This document shows, one piece after another, positions 23,841-36,651 of a stretch of 64,000 nt of DNA. The translations under genes were made by a program, and so were the position numbers. Origin of the DNA: Somniosus microcephalus (lineage: Eukaryota); the NCBI GenBank assembly GCA_052327205.1, contig CM126220.1, positions 10,788,001-10,852,000 of the forward strand. The letters run 5' to 3'. The notes under the pieces are model-generated. The model saw only the letters and a program-made list of their open reading frames with translations. It did not search any database and was not told the origin of the DNA. Position 1 is the stretch's first letter. Each line of letters opens with the position of its first letter.

Positions 23841-26750
23841 TCAGTACCCCGTCCCCGCCTTTTCTCCGTAACCCTTAATCCCCTTAGCCTTCAGAAATAT
23901 ATCCAATTCTCTCTTGAAAATATTTATTGAATTAGCCTTCACAGCCCTCTGTGGCAGGGAATTCCACAGGCTCACCACTCTTTGAGTGAAGAAATTCTTC
24001 CTCATCTCTGTTTTAAATGATTTGCCCGCTATTTTTAGACTGTGGCCCCTGGTTCTGTGCTCCCCTGCCATTGGAAACATTCTCTCTGAATTCAGCCTGT
24101 CCAGGCCTGCCATAATTTTATATGTTTCGATGAGATCCCCTCTCAATCTTCTAAACTCCAGTGAGTACAAGCCCAAACTATTCAGTCTCTCCTCGTAGGT
24201 CATTCCCGCCATTCCAGGTATCAGCCTGGTGAATCGCCGCTGCACTCTTTCCATGGCAAGAACATCCTTCCGCAGATGGGGCGACCAAAACTGTACACAA
24301 TACTCCAGATGCGGTCTCACCAGCACCTTGTACAGCTGTAGTAAGGTATCCCTATTCCTATACTCGAACCCCCTTGATATGAAGGCCAACATACCATTTG
24401 CCTTCTTAATCGCCTGTTGCACCTGCATGCTCTCCTTCAGTGACTGGTGCACAAGAACACCCAGGTCCCTCTGCACTTCCCCATCTCCCAATCTATTGCC
24501 ATTTAGATAACAATCTACCCTCCTGTTTTTACCCCCAAAGTGGATAACCTCGCATTTATCCACATTATAGTGCATCTGCCACGTATCCGCCCATTCCCCC
24601 AACCTGTCCAAATCGCACTGTAGCCTCCTGACATCCTCATCAGAGCCCACCCCTCCTCCTAGTTTAGTGTCGTCAGCGAATTTGGAAATATTGCATCCAA
24701 TTCCCTGATCCAGATCATTTATATATATTGTGAACAGCTGGGGTCCCAGGACAGATCCTTGCGGCACCCCGCTGGTCACTGCCTGCCACTCCGAAAACGA
24801 GCCGTTTATTCCAACTCTCTGTTTTCTATCCGCCAGCCAGTTCTCTATCCACGTTAATACTTTGCCCCCAATCCCATGAGCCTTAATTTTGCATGATAAT
24901 CTTTTGTGTGGAACCTTATCGAAGGCTTTCTGGAAGTCAAGGTACACCACATCCACTGGCTCTCCCCCATCTATTTTACCAGTTACTTCCTCAAAAAATT
25001 CCAGCAGATTCGTCAAACACGATTTACCCTTTGTAAATCCATGTTGACTCTGTCCGATCCTTTCCCCATTTGTCAAGTGCTCCGCTATTTTATCCTTAAT
25101 AATGGACTCTAGCATTTTGCCCACAACCGATGTAAGGCTTACTGGTCTATAATTCCCTGCTTTCTCTCTACCCCCCTTTTTAAATATTGGGGTAACATTA
25201 GCTACCCTCCAATCCACGGGTACTGTTCCCGAGTCAATGGAGTTCCGGAAGATGATCCTTAGAGCATCTGCTATCTCCAGGGCCACCTCCTTAAGTACCC
25301 TAGGATGTAGTTTATCAGGCCCCGGGGATTTGTCGGCCTTCAGTCCCCTCAACTTACCCAACACCATATCCCTAGAGATACTAATTTCTGTCAGCTCCTC
25401 CCTCTCATTAGTCCCTATGTTTGTCGATATTCCTGGGAGGTTATTTGTGTCCTCCTTTGTGAATACAGAACCAAAGTATGAGTTTAATTGGTCTGCCATT
25501 TCCTTATTCTCCATTATATATTCTCCCGAATCGGACTGCAAGGGACCGACTTGGGATTTTACCAGTCTTTTCCTCCTGATATACCGATAAAAGCTTTTGC
25601 AGTCTGTCTTTATGTTTGCTGCAAGTTTACTTTCGTATTCTATTTTCCCCTTCCTGATTAATCCCTTTGTCCTCTTTTGCTGTATCCTGTACTGCCCCCA
25701 ATCTTCCGGTCTGGTGCTTTTTTTTGCCAGTTGATATGCCCTTTTTTTTGATTTTATGCTGTCCCTAATTTCCCTCGTTATCCACGGTTGAGTCACCTTT
25801 TTAGGTTTATTTTTATGCCAAACCGGTATAAACATGTTCTGGAATTCTTCCATTCTATCTTTGAATGCTTGCCATTGTCTATCCACTGTCAATCCCCCCA
25901 GAAACACCACCCAATCAATCTTACCCAATTCCCGTCTCATACCCTCGTAATTCCCTTTATTTAAGTTCTGGACCTTAGTCTCTGATTCAATTTCCTCACT
26001 CTCCATCTCGACTGAGAGCTCGATCATATTATGATCGCTCTGACCCAAGGGGCCTCGTACAAGAAGATTGCTGATAAGTCCCTTCTCATTGCACAATACC
26101 CAGTCTAAAACGGCCTGATCTCGAGTCGGCTCCTCGACATATTGGTCCAGATAACCGTCCCGAAAACATTCCAGGAATTCCTCCTCCTCAGAATTTTTAC
26201 TAATTTGGGTAGTCCAATCAATATGTAAATTAAAGTCACCCATGATGACAGCTGTGCTCTTATCGCACGCTTCTCTAATTTCCCTTTTTATGCCTTCCCT
26301 CACCTCCATATTACTATTTGGAGGCCTATATATCACACCCACTAACGTTTTCCTCCCCTTGCTATTTCTCATTTCTACCCATACAGATTCCGTTTCATCC
26401 GAGTTAATATCCTTCCTTTCCATTGCATTAATCCCCTCCTTTACCAGCAATGCTACCCCACCTCCCCTACCTTTTTGCCGATCCTTCCTAAATATTGTAT
26501 ATCCCTGGATGTTAAGTTCCCAGCCTTGCCCACCCTGCAGCCACGTTTCTGTAATCCCAATCAAATCATACTTGTTTACCTCTATTTCCACAACTAATTC
26601 ATCCACCTTGTTCCTAATGCTTCTAGCATTAAGATACAAAGCCTTCAGGCTTGCTTTTTTCACACTCTCATTATGAATTAGTTTGGCCCTTTGTGTTTCT
26701 CTCCTTTGCTTATTGCTTCTCACCTTTCTACCATCTATTTCTGACTTCAT
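23841..26750 (-). CDS. CR1 ORF2: APE endonuclease + reverse transcriptase, 969 aa, uninterrupted
   Basis: APE motifs YLNARSI, GITETWL, GGGVAL, IYRPPN, MGDFN, SDHN. RT motifs KSPGPD, NYRPVSLTS, QHGF, YLDFQKAFDKV, SGVPQGSVLGP, FADD, RDLGV. CR1 C-terminus LWNSLP. Confidence 0.96.
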   Translation of the reverse strand: MKSEIDGRKVRSNKQRRETQRAKLIHNESVKKASLKALYLNARSIRNKVDELVVEIEVNKYDLIGITETWLQGGQGWELNIQGYTIFRKDRQKGRGGGVALLVKEGINAMERKDINSDETESVWVEMRNSKGRKTLVGVIYRPPNSNMEVREGIKREIREACDKSTAVIMGDFNLHIDWTTQISKNSEEEEFLECFRDGYLDQYVEEPTRDQAVLDWVLCNEKGLISNLLVRGPLGQSDHNMIELSVEMESEEIESETKVQNLNKGNYEGMRRELGKIDWVVFLGGLTVDRQWQAFKDRMEEFQNMFIPVWHKNKPKKVTQPWITREIRDSIKSKKRAYQLAKKSTRPEDWGQYRIQQKRTKGLIRKGKIEYESKLAANIKTDCKSFYRYIRRKRLVKSQVGPLQSDSGEYIMENKEMADQLNSYFGSVFTKEDTNNLPGISTNIGTNEREELTEISISRDMVLGKLRGLKADKSPGPDKLHPRVLKEVALEIADALRIIFRNSIDSGTVPVDWRVANVTPIFKKGGREKAGNYRPVSLTSVVGKMLESIIKDKIAEHLTNGERIGQSQHGFTKGKSCLTNLLEFFEEVTGKIDGGEPVDVVYLDFQKAFDKVPHKRLSCKIKAHGIGGKVLTWIENWLADRKQRVGINGSFSEWQAVTSGVPQGSVLGPQLFTIYINDLDQGIGCNISKFADDTKLGGGVGSDEDVRRLQCDLDRLGEWADTWQMHYNVDKCEVIHFGGKNRRVDCYLNGNRLGDGEVQRDLGVLVHQSLKESMQVQQAIKKANGMLAFISRGFEYRNRDTLLQLYKVLVRPHLEYCVQFWSPHLRKDVLAMERVQRRFTRLIPGMAGMTYEERLNSLGLYSLEFRRLRGDLIETYKIMAGLDRLNSERMFPMAGEHRTRGHSLKIAGKSFKTEMRKNFFTQRVVSLWNSLPQRAVKANSINIFKRELDIFLKAKGIKGYGEKAGTGY

Positions 26751-26797
26751 ATGACTTCCCTCTTTTCCACTACCTAGGTTCCCATCCCCCTGCCAAA

Positions 26798-27737
26798 TTA
26801 GTTTAAATCCTCCCGAACCGCCCTAGAAAATATTACCCCGAGGACATCGGCTCCCTCACAGTTCAGGTGTAGACCGTCCCCTTGGTACAGGTCACTCCTC
26901 CCCAAGAACTGGTTCCAATGCCTCAAGAATTTAAATCCCTCTCCCTTGCACCACTGCTCAAGCCACGTATTTAGCTTATCTATCTTACTCTCTCTAAACT
27001 TATTAGCTCGTGGCACTGGTAGCAATCCAGAGATTACTACCTTTGAGGTCCTACTTTTCAATTTAGCTCCTAACTCCCTAAATTCAGCTTGTAGGACCTC
27101 CTCCCTCTTTTTACCTACATCGTTGGTACCTACATGTACCACGACAACTGGCTGATCCCCCCTCCCCCTTCAGAATGCTCTGCACCCGCTCCGAGACATC
27201 CTTGACCCTTGCACCAGGGAGGCAACATACCATCTTGGAGTCTCGGTCTCGGCCACAGAAACTCCTATCTATCCCCCTTACAATTGAATCCCCTATCACT
27301 ATAGCCCTATCCCTCTTTTTCCCGCCCTTCTGTGCAGCAGAGCCAGTCATGGTGCCCTGAACCTGGCTGCTGGTGCCTTCCCCTGATAAGTCATCTCCCC
27401 CAACAGTACCCAAAACGGTAAACCTGTTTTGGAGGGAGATGACCGCAGGTGACTCCTGCACTACCTTCCTGCCTTTACCCTGCCTTTTGGTCACCCATTT
27501 ACTGTCTGAGCTAGCCTTTACCTGCGGTGTGACCAACTCACTGAATGTGCTATCCACAACATCCTCAGCATCGCGTATGCTCCAGAGTGAGTCCATTCGC
27601 AGCTCCAGCGCCGCCATGCGGTCTGCTAGGAGCTGCAGCTGGACACACTTCCTGCACACATAGTTGTCAGGGACAGTGTCCCTGATTTCCCACATGGCAC
27701 AGGAGAAGCATGACACGGGTCTGAGCTGCCCTTCCAT
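26798..27737 (-). CDS. CR1 ORF1: Zn-finger/leucine zipper + SGNH esterase, one frameshift
   Basis: CFSC...CRKC then coiled coil; esterase blocks VIGDSIVRG, CLPGA, VHVGTND, DGLH. The two ORF-track pieces join (KGEG|DQPVVVVHVGTND) if one base is removed from the C6 run at ~27157-27162. Confidence 0.88.
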
Positions 27738-29099
27738 GACTTAACCCTTACAATACCCTTTTATTTACTACGATTTAGCTTAATTATTGAATTCTACTTA
27801 GAATAAGTTTGTGAAAGTACTCACCAACCAGTCATCTACCTGTTTTCTGGTGTTGTATTTTCACTGCCGCCTCCTGTACTGGAACCTTTTCCACCTAGGT
27901 TAGGCTCCTGAAATAAAATAAATTAAACCTACCTTTTCAACTTCCCCTAACCCCTAAAAGGTTAGAGGAGGTGGAAGGGTGGGAGACACTACACTGTAGT
28001 GTTTCGGGTTTAGCAACAGCTCCACCTATATAAGAGTTACTGGCCTCCTGCTCTCCCGACTGCACCAGCTGTGAAAGAAAAAGCCCGCGAAAGGTGAGCT
28101 TTTAAACTCACCAGTTACTGGCCTCCTGCTCTCCCGACTGCCCCAGCAGTTACTGGCCTCCTACATTAATGTTTCTGGAAAATGACTCAACTTTCATGTT
28201 TCCACTGTAACAAGAGGTTAAAAAATTATAAATTATTATCGTGTAAGCATTGTAGCAATAGCTGATGTGATGTTAAAAATTGCATGATTTTATGTTTGTG
28301 TGATGTAGCAGAAGTTAATTGAAACATTAAATGTGCATCATCTTTATGTAAGAATGGAAAATCATTTTCATTTGGGAAGCATGCAATATGAGCTAAATTG
28401 TGCCAACATATCATTATGTTATGAAAATGCTTGCTTATGACGAGAATGGGCAGAAAGTAATAAGTGGCTCTTCTGTCCCCAGCAATAAAGACAATTTCCT
28501 TTTAAATATATAATAGCAACATCAAAGATTAGTATTGTGTACCATATGATTGTATATTCACATTGTCTCCTACTATATAATGCATCAGCAAAGGTATCCC
28601 TGTATTCCACTGGGGAAGATAAATGAGAATACTTACAACTTTAGAAATTCTGAAAATGTAATAGATGTAGGAAGGACCCAAAAAGATCATGCACCAGTGG
28701 CAAGTAATTGGATAATGACTCGATTTTTCTATAAGAAGAGATTAAAACATTTATAAAAGGCTGTCTGTGGTGACGCAGAGCGTTACTGCACTGAGGTGCC
28801 AGGCCACAGACAGCAGGATGTTGTTTCAATCCCCGCAGTTCCCTACAAAGCCAGTTGCTCTGCAGTTGTCTGTACAGGAGCTGTGTGCAAATGAAACACT
28901 GCTCCTCCAGTATGGCTTGAGAGCAGGTCCCTGCCTGCCCTCTTGCCCAAGGATAGCAAATGACACAGTGGTCGGTGCTTGGGTGGGGGGGAAGAAATAG
29001 ACTGAAAATTAAATGAAAGCGTAGCATTTTTTTTTAAAGGCTATTGAACTCTTAGGCCAGAGGAATCTGAGAAAAAAGTACTGTAAAAGGAAAGAGCAG

Positions 29100-29380
29100 A
29101 AAAGAAAAACTTTGTGTGTGTGTGTAGCACTGTAACACATCCTAAAGATATCCCAAAGCGGTTTGCAACCAATGAATTGCTTTTTGAAGGACAATCGCTT
29201 GTTATGTAGGCAAATGTGGCAGCCAGTTTACGCTCCGCAAGGTCCCACAAACAGCAAATGAATGAATAACTTGTTTCATGGTGGTAGGAATGTCGGCCAG
29301 GATACTGGGAGAATTCCCTGCTCTTTGTCGAATAGTGCCATGGGATCTTTTACATCCACTTGAGCATGCAGACACGGCCT
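29100..29380 (-). mobile_element. Deu-domain SINE fragment
   Basis: gcaaggtcccacaaacagc...ggccaggatactgggagaattccctgctct...aatagtgccatgggatcttttacatccac, reverse complement of the Deu core. Confidence 0.75.
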
Positions 29381-30389
29381 GATTCCAGATTTACAAAATT
29401 TTAATCTCGCTGCAAAGCAGAAACTTCTCGTGGTGCCGATGCAGGCTAAGATTCAAGTGACTTATGTGTGAAGTGTTGGTGAAGCGATTTTCTGATTGTA
29501 GGCTTACAATGCAATTCCTGCTTGTTTGCTGTGTGGTATTAAAAAAGAGATACATGCATTCATATAGTGTGTTATGCTGTTGAAATATCTAAAGTGCTTT
29601 ATAAAGTGAATTGCTTTTGGAGTATATTGACTGTTCTTGTGTAGGCAATCTCATAAAAGCTGTTACGACACTACTGATGAGGATACTTGCTCAAAGACGC
29701 TGCTTTCACATTGAATGGTTTGCAGTCAGAGACAAAGTAAAGTAGGTGAAGCCACAACTCTGGTGCCCAAGACCTGACACTTCCTGGACCCTGAGAATGG
29801 GAGGTTGAAAACTTTCACCTCATTCTGATTGGCCGTTAATGGAGAGCAGTGGCATGCAATTGCAGTAAATCAGCTTGGAGCTGCAAAGTCAACACTTGAG
29901 CAGCACTTTCTGAGCTCTTGTACCAGTATAAAAGTGCCATGAGATGTCTCTAGTCCTTGCTCATCTCTGTTGGTATGGATGGAGGCACGGCATTGGGGTG
30001 AATCCCTCTTTTAAAATTTGGACAAGGTTTATTGAAATACAAGTACAGCGTAATGTCACCTTATATTCCAATATGCTTGGCTTACTCTTCATTTCTGTTA
30101 GTACCACATTTTAATTTGTTTGAGTAAAACATTCTTAATGTTGGGGACTTAACCTACATTGCTTGGAGCTGAGCAGGTGGGGTCAATATTGTCAAAGGGC
30201 AAAGTTCTAAGATGAATTTCTCTGGTCAGTTTGATGAGGGAGTGGACAATGAAACAGTGCTTAATGGCCCCTTATATTTCAGAACTGATTTCACGTGAAG
30301 CAGTTCTGCAATATGCTAGGGCTCCCAGTGTTGTTAAATCCACCCCATTTTGCAGGATGGATTCTACAGCACTGACAATATTGATTCAT

Positions 30390-30705
30390 TCAATTGCAAA
30401 TTAGATAGATTTCTTTCAGAAAATATTTTGGGGTGCTGTATAGAAGTAATTTCAGACATGCCATGTGTTAAGTGTAGCATGATTGGGAGGAACAGGTGAT
30501 TTTGGACCTCTGGTTCCCAAAGCTCTCAACCACTGGGGGTTTTCCTCACATCATGTCTGGGTCTGTTGTAGTCTAATTAATAGAGATTGATTGCTACGAT
30601 TAGTCAGTAACTCCATATCATTGTATCAGGTGACTATCCGGATGGTAGAAGTTGAGCGAGATGGAATTTGATCATTTTTTGTCCAACAGTACCTATATTC
30701 CTATG
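30390..30705 (+). mobile_element. Old CR1-like 3' end relic
   Basis: attcaattgcaaattagatagatttct (KLDRFL-like ORF2 end) and tail cctatattcctatg. Confidence 0.4.
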
Positions 30706-32620
30706 ACAGCGATGGAGAAATAGCTGCGAATGGTCACATGCACAGTTGTTAAACATCGCAATTGTAATGTTCACTGCAGCAACAGACCTTCACACTATAG
30801 GCTGGGGAAAACTGCACATCTGGCTGGGATTGGTAGACTGAGCCATCACCTACCAGTGACTGGGAATGGTGGCCAATCGCCACTGCGACAGCTATTCGCA
30901 CCTGTCACCATCTGCGTGGTTGCCTCTGGAGAACCTTCTGAAAGCCACTTCCTAAAATTGTTGTTCACTGCTTCAGCAGCAGTAGTGCTGCCTCATTTAT
31001 ATTATAGCTCGACAGCCATTTTCAAAGTCTGTTGTTAGCTGGAGTACTGTAATATAAAGGGACATGAGTAAACATGCAGGCATCAGACACTTACTAAGTA
31101 TGGAATCTTTTTTATTTGTTTTGTCCTGCAGCAATATGTCTTTGCCACACAATCTCAGCTTCATTGCCCTCTCCAATCGATTATATTTTAACATTAGAAT
31201 GTTAGGTCCAAGTGAAAACAATCACTAACTTAGTAACTTTATTTATTTGCGTTTCATAAACAAGTACCCAGAGTTATGTATTATCGGACAGTGAGTCATG
31301 GAAAGTGGCCATAGCTTCCTAACTGCTGGATCTTGAGCAATATTGATATTTCTGTGTCCCCCTCTGGATGCACACTGTCTATCTCGGTCTGTGAATATTT
31401 TAGGTGGTCTGATTATCCCACTACATTCTGCAAAAGATGACGATATACTTCAACACCTACCTTGTACCAAATGAATAGTGCACACTGATCTTTTTTTATC
31501 AAGCTTTTCTCCATGGGATCTGGTTCCTTTGAGAGGAGTAACCGCTTTCTACACCCTTAAAGTCCATGGTGAATTAAAGATTGATTAATTTATCATAATA
31601 TGGGCCTTAGAGACTATCCAGAGAACTCCCTCCCCCAGTTGGTAATATCACAAGTCTGCCTATGTCGGTATTCATGTGATTCTTTTGGTGGAAAATAATT
31701 ACTCCTGCACCATTTACAAGGCACATTACATTCCAAATTTGGTTGAATATGGACTAAATCAGAATCGAAAGAGCTTTACGTAGATGCGGCACTGACTTAT
31801 TGCAGTTGGAATTAACAGAGACAGGAGCCTGCGAATCATTGTAATAGGAGTGGTGAATTGAATATATTTAAAATCAAAGCTTTTCTGCTTTGGCTAAGTA
31901 TCTGTCCCCAGCATGAACTAATAAAATACCATACATCTTGTATGCTTCTCGAATACAGAATAAGATTGGGGGGTGGTGGGGAGGGGGGAGCGGTTGCAAT
32001 GGGAGCATCTGCTTCTCAAAGTGTTCAGTGGATCAGAATATGCCTCATGAATTGTGAATTTAATGAGCTATTGAAATCGGGAGCTCGGAGGGGGGCTTTG
32101 GTATTGGTAGTGAAAGCCCTATACACAAGATAGAAATTACCAGTAATGGAGAAGAAACTAGCACTGAAGGATAAATGTCAGATTCCCCTCGCTGTCCATT
32201 AGTCTTCCCCTTATGATGCCTACTCGCTGTGTCTGATTTTGCCACAGACTTTTGTCATCTAATACTGTCATTGTGATTTCATTCTAATAAGAAAATATGA
32301 CTGTTCTCACATCACACTTCCTATATCCCACACTTTTTCCAGTACATACATAAGTGAGAACACAACAGGGAAAGGTATGTAAACATTGAAGTTGGTATAC
32401 AGTGCAAATATTAAAAAGTTATACCCACATTCCTTTTGTTGCTGTTCCTCGCCTTTGTTCTGTCTCTCCCTACTGATTTTCTAATTCATTTTCCCACCCT
32501 TATATTTCTTTTCTAATTCCATCTTTGTTTATCTGTTTTTCAACCTCTTTTTGCTGCCTTCATCTGATGTTGTCAGCACAATTTCTTCTTAAAGAAGAAT
32601 CCTTGTTTCATTCTCTGCAG

Positions 32621-32672
32621 GGTACTGTTTGGAGGAGGCATTCAGTCGGCACCATTTTGTATTCAGTCACTG
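32621..32672 (+). CDS. Weak candidate exon (52 nt)
   Basis: Acceptor ttgtttcattctctgcag|, weak donor CTG|gtatat. Continues the phase-2 reading of 4376-4411 as (L)VLFGGGIQSAPFCIQSL and exits in phase 0. Confidence 0.25.
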
Positions 32673-35521
32673 GTATATTTTGACATGTTTTCTTTGACGC
32701 AATTTGAAACTACAACTGGATTTTCTAAAGCTCTAAAAATGGTGGATTTGGGGAATTAATTCCCATATCTGCACTGCGATTGAACATAATAAAATGTGGC
32801 AGTTCTTTTCTAAATGCAGAGTTAGGTTAAAATTGATCATAAAATCTGCATTGTACAAGAATTAATTTGCATTTGTCAGCCTTCGTACTCTGCCATCTAG
32901 TAAATTCACATGTGTAGAATATGGATAATTTGCAGTTCATTGTCACATTTTTCTCAGATCCCAGTCTTAGCCCCTGTCTGGGGAATCTGACAGTTATTGT
33001 TTTATTGCACCTATTGTCACTTTTTGTAACACAATTTTCATGTACTAATTTTTTTTATCGCAACAGACTGCGCTGTCAGCTGTTTGTGAATACAGTCCAG
33101 AGCTACACAAAACTACAGCAGCAACTATAGCGCAAAGTGTTTGATGTTTTTCTTTTTAACTGAAAATGGTCCGTCTCAAATGCCTGTTGAACACCTTTTA
33201 CTGTGATATTGCAGTGAAACCCTTTTGTCCAGTAACAGGAATCCACTGTGTTATTCTCTTTCTTGTATGCCCCTTAAGATTTACTCCCCATTTTCTCTCC
33301 GCTGGAAGGTCGCACATCATAAGCACCTGTAGCCAACCAAAGGACAATCGCTCTAAGCCCGCTACAACTTTGGGATATTGCTGCTTAATCAAACAATGCA
33401 AATAAGCAAATCGCACGTCCGTCTTTCTCTCCGCCACCTCTCCAGATGGCGCACCTCTACTCTGTTTGGCATTTCATCTATAAGTCTGATTGAGAATTGG
33501 CTGTACACACTAATGGAAAAAGTAGATTTGACATCGGGAGGCCCCAAGATTTGAATTCAAGACCCCTTGCATTTGGGAGACAAACACTCGGATGCTTGAA
33601 TTACAAGACACCCAATTTGTTATTTTGTCGTCATCTTTTCATTTTTTGCTTCCTCCCCCCCCACCCCTTCACCTTTACTGGATTTTGTAAATTTGGTATT
33701 TTACTGTTTTTATTAAATGTCTTCTTGATGAATGTCTGTAAATACTTAACACCAGGCTTCATTTTATCGATGATGTGTCTTGTCAGAAAAGTCTGAGGAG
33801 TTGTGTCTGAAATGGATATCATCCTTTCAGAGCACGCTGACTTCCTGAGCGAGCATAACATATCAATTTTACATGGTTACTAGGACTGTTTGGGTTAGGC
33901 GATTTAAACCCCTTGGTAGTGTTTCAACATCCCTGATGTGTTATTTGCAGCATTCCAAAGGGACTTCATGGGGTATCCATTCTGCTAAATCAAAGCACAA
34001 CAAACTTTGCAAAAATACAGAAGGTGTCTGTTAACAAAACACTTGCATTGAGGGAATGCAGTTAAGAGAATAAATGTCAAAGCATAGAACAACGCACCTG
34101 TCACCCAAATCACGTCACTCCAGTCAGGCTTGGCGCGTGCTGCAGTGTGACTGAGGTGTTTGGATTTGTAAAATTTTTTGCCCTTTTCATTGCCTGCCAG
34201 CGTGTTATGCAGCTCCCCAGTGAAAAACTTTAATGGACTACAGTCAGCGCCATTTGTTGCTTGGGTGAATTCAGCAGTACTTTAATAACCTTAGCATGAG
34301 ACTGGAGGCAGGAGATGGGAGCAAGGGAAATCTAAAACTCAGGCACCTTATTGTAGATGTCAACCCAGTAAACACCATAATTTTCATGGGTCTCTTTTTA
34401 TTTTGCTCTTTTTTTTTGAAGTTCCACCTCTGCCAGCAGTCAACCTCCAACTTTCTTTATATATTTTTTTAATCAAATTTTTCTTCCTCTGAAAGTAAAA
34501 ATTCGGTAGTTGCTTATTTAATTTGCATTTTAGAAAACTACGGTTGATTTGCCGTTTTATCTCTTGAACCAGTTTCATGGCTGTTTCTCCCTTCTCTCCC
34601 GGAGGTAGGCACTCGGGCTGGGGCCTGAATCCGCAGCTACCAACAGCCCTTGACTGTCTTGCCCAAGTGACCACTCCACAGTAGAGGCCAGACAGTGAGT
34701 GTCAGCAGGTTATTCACATTTGGTGCTGGGGGTCAGGGCGGGGTGGGGGGCTGTGGTGCAGAGGTTAGTCAGAGGCCTTATCCTGCCTGTAATGAGCTGT
34801 TTTCCCAACCAGGTTTATAGTATTGTCAGTATTAGCCAATAGGGCAGCAAAGAATTGGAGCAGTGTCCTTCGTTTACATAGAATGAAGCAAGCTCTAATT
34901 TCTTCGACCAAGTGAATCACAAACATGAAACTAACTTTTCTTTTTACAAGGCCATGGGTGGAGGGGGTGACACAAGTGCAGCTGTTGAAAAGCATATGGA
35001 TAATGCCCAGTCTAACAGTGAATTATCATTCACAAAGTGCTTGTTAGTTACAGATTTATAAAGGACACTCACTCCATTCCTTAAGTATTCAGATTATTTA
35101 GTGGCCTGCCAAAAGTGCTACATTTGAATCTAAAATTCTAAAACTTTACAGCTTTGTCAAAGCTAAAGAATTTTTGTTGACTTAGACGGTCAATATGTTA
35201 AATGTGTGATGTGCACGTCATTTTGTTTCCTTCAGTGAGTGTTCAGTCTATTGCAATCATTACAAAGAGTGAACACACAAAATGTACTGTAGATGTTCTG
35301 TACTCTATAAATACTGCGTATTACTTTATATCTTAAACATATCTGTAGACCTAGTTTTCTAAATTTATACCTAACTGCAGAGAGAAATCAAAGATAAGAA
35401 AATTAAGTTTTTAGTTCCTACTTAAGTTGGACGTACGCAAAGCTGGCAGGACTGGGTTTTTGGTTATTTGGCTTCAGCAACCTCAACATTTTGATGCCAG
35501 GGCCACAGCATTATGGATTAG

Positions 35522-36465
35522 ACATAACGTAGGAACAGGAGGAGGCCATTCAGCCCCTCGAGCCTGTTCTGCCATTCAATGAGATCATGGCTGATCTGCG
35601 ACCTAACTCCATATACCCGCCTTTGGCCCATATCCCTTAATACCTTTGGTTAACAAAAAGCTATCAATCTCCGATTTAAAATTAACAATTGACCTAGCAT
35701 CAGTTGCCATTTGCAAAGGTGAGTTCCAAACTTCTACCACCCTTTGTGTGTAGAAGTGTTTCCTAATTTCACTCCTGAAAGGCCTGGCTCTAATTTTTGG
35801 ACTATATCCCCTAGTCCTAGACTCCCCAACCAGCGGAAATAGTTTCTCTCTATCTACCCTATCTGTTCCCCTTAATATCCTGAAAACTTCGATTAGATCA
35901 CCCCTTAACCTTCTAAATTCCAGGGAATACATCCCTAGGTTGTGTAATCTCTCCTCATAACTTAACCCTTAAAGTCCGGGTATCATTCTGGTAAACCTAC
36001 GCTGCACTCCCTCCAAGGCCAGTATATCCTTCCTAAGGTGTGGTGCCCAGAACTGCTCACAGTGCTCCAGGTGTGGTCTAACCAAGGTTTTGTACAGCTG
36101 CAGCATAACTTCTGCCCCCTTGTACTCTAGTCCTCCAGATGCAAAGGCCAGCATTCCATTAGCCATTTTGATTATTTTCTGTACCTGTTCATGACATTTT
36201 AATGATCGATGTACCTGAACCCCCAAGTCTCTTTGGACATTCACTGTTTTTAGCTTTTCACCATTTAGAAAATACCCTGTTCTATCCTTTTTAGGTCCAA
36301 AGTGGATGATCTCACATTTGCTTACGTTGAAATCCATTTGCCACAGATTTGCCTATTCATTTAATCTATCAATATCCCTTTGTAATTTTATGCTTTCATC
36401 CACATTGCCTAGAATGCTGCCTATCTTTGTGTCATTGGCAAATTTGGATATATGACTTTCTATCC
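35522..36465 (-). mobile_element. 5'-truncated CR1 (decayed ORF2 C-terminus + 3'UTR)
   Basis: ORF-track peptides KCEIIHFG...RDLGVQVH...LVRPHLE and YSLEFRRLRGDLIE...VWNSP; stop and frameshift present. Confidence 0.92.
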
Positions 36466-36651
36466 TGTGTACTATGACTATAATGCCGATAATCAATACT
36501 CCTCATGCACCCTGTATGTGCTTCAAATTCTGTGTTTGAACAACTTTTTTTGTGAAAGGGACAAGCCCAATTTGGTATGCCATGGAGTAGTTTGAATTGG
36601 ATCAAATTTGGATGTTTGCAAATTAAGTTGAAATTTGGATCAGTTTTGTTT

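Larger units (their letters stand above)
23722..28162 (-). mobile_element. Full-length CR1-clade LINE
   Basis: 5'UTR with tandem repeats, ORF1, ORF2, 3'UTR hairpin ggctcgaagggccgaatggcc and (TTTCTATG)n tail. Possible 4-bp TSD ACAT (23718-23721, 28163-28166), ambiguous with the tail repeat. Confidence 0.95.

Noticed and set aside
23986-27663. Plus-strand ORFs overlapping the CR1 (and 38353-39291 over the PLE)
   Set aside because: Antisense shadows of retrotransposon coding frames.
27975-28030. Hammerhead-like GAAAC-ACUAC...GUAGU-GUC in the CR1 5'UTR (minus strand)
   Set aside because: The upstream core reads CUGUUGC rather than CUGANGA and there is no stem II; better explained as a simple hairpin.
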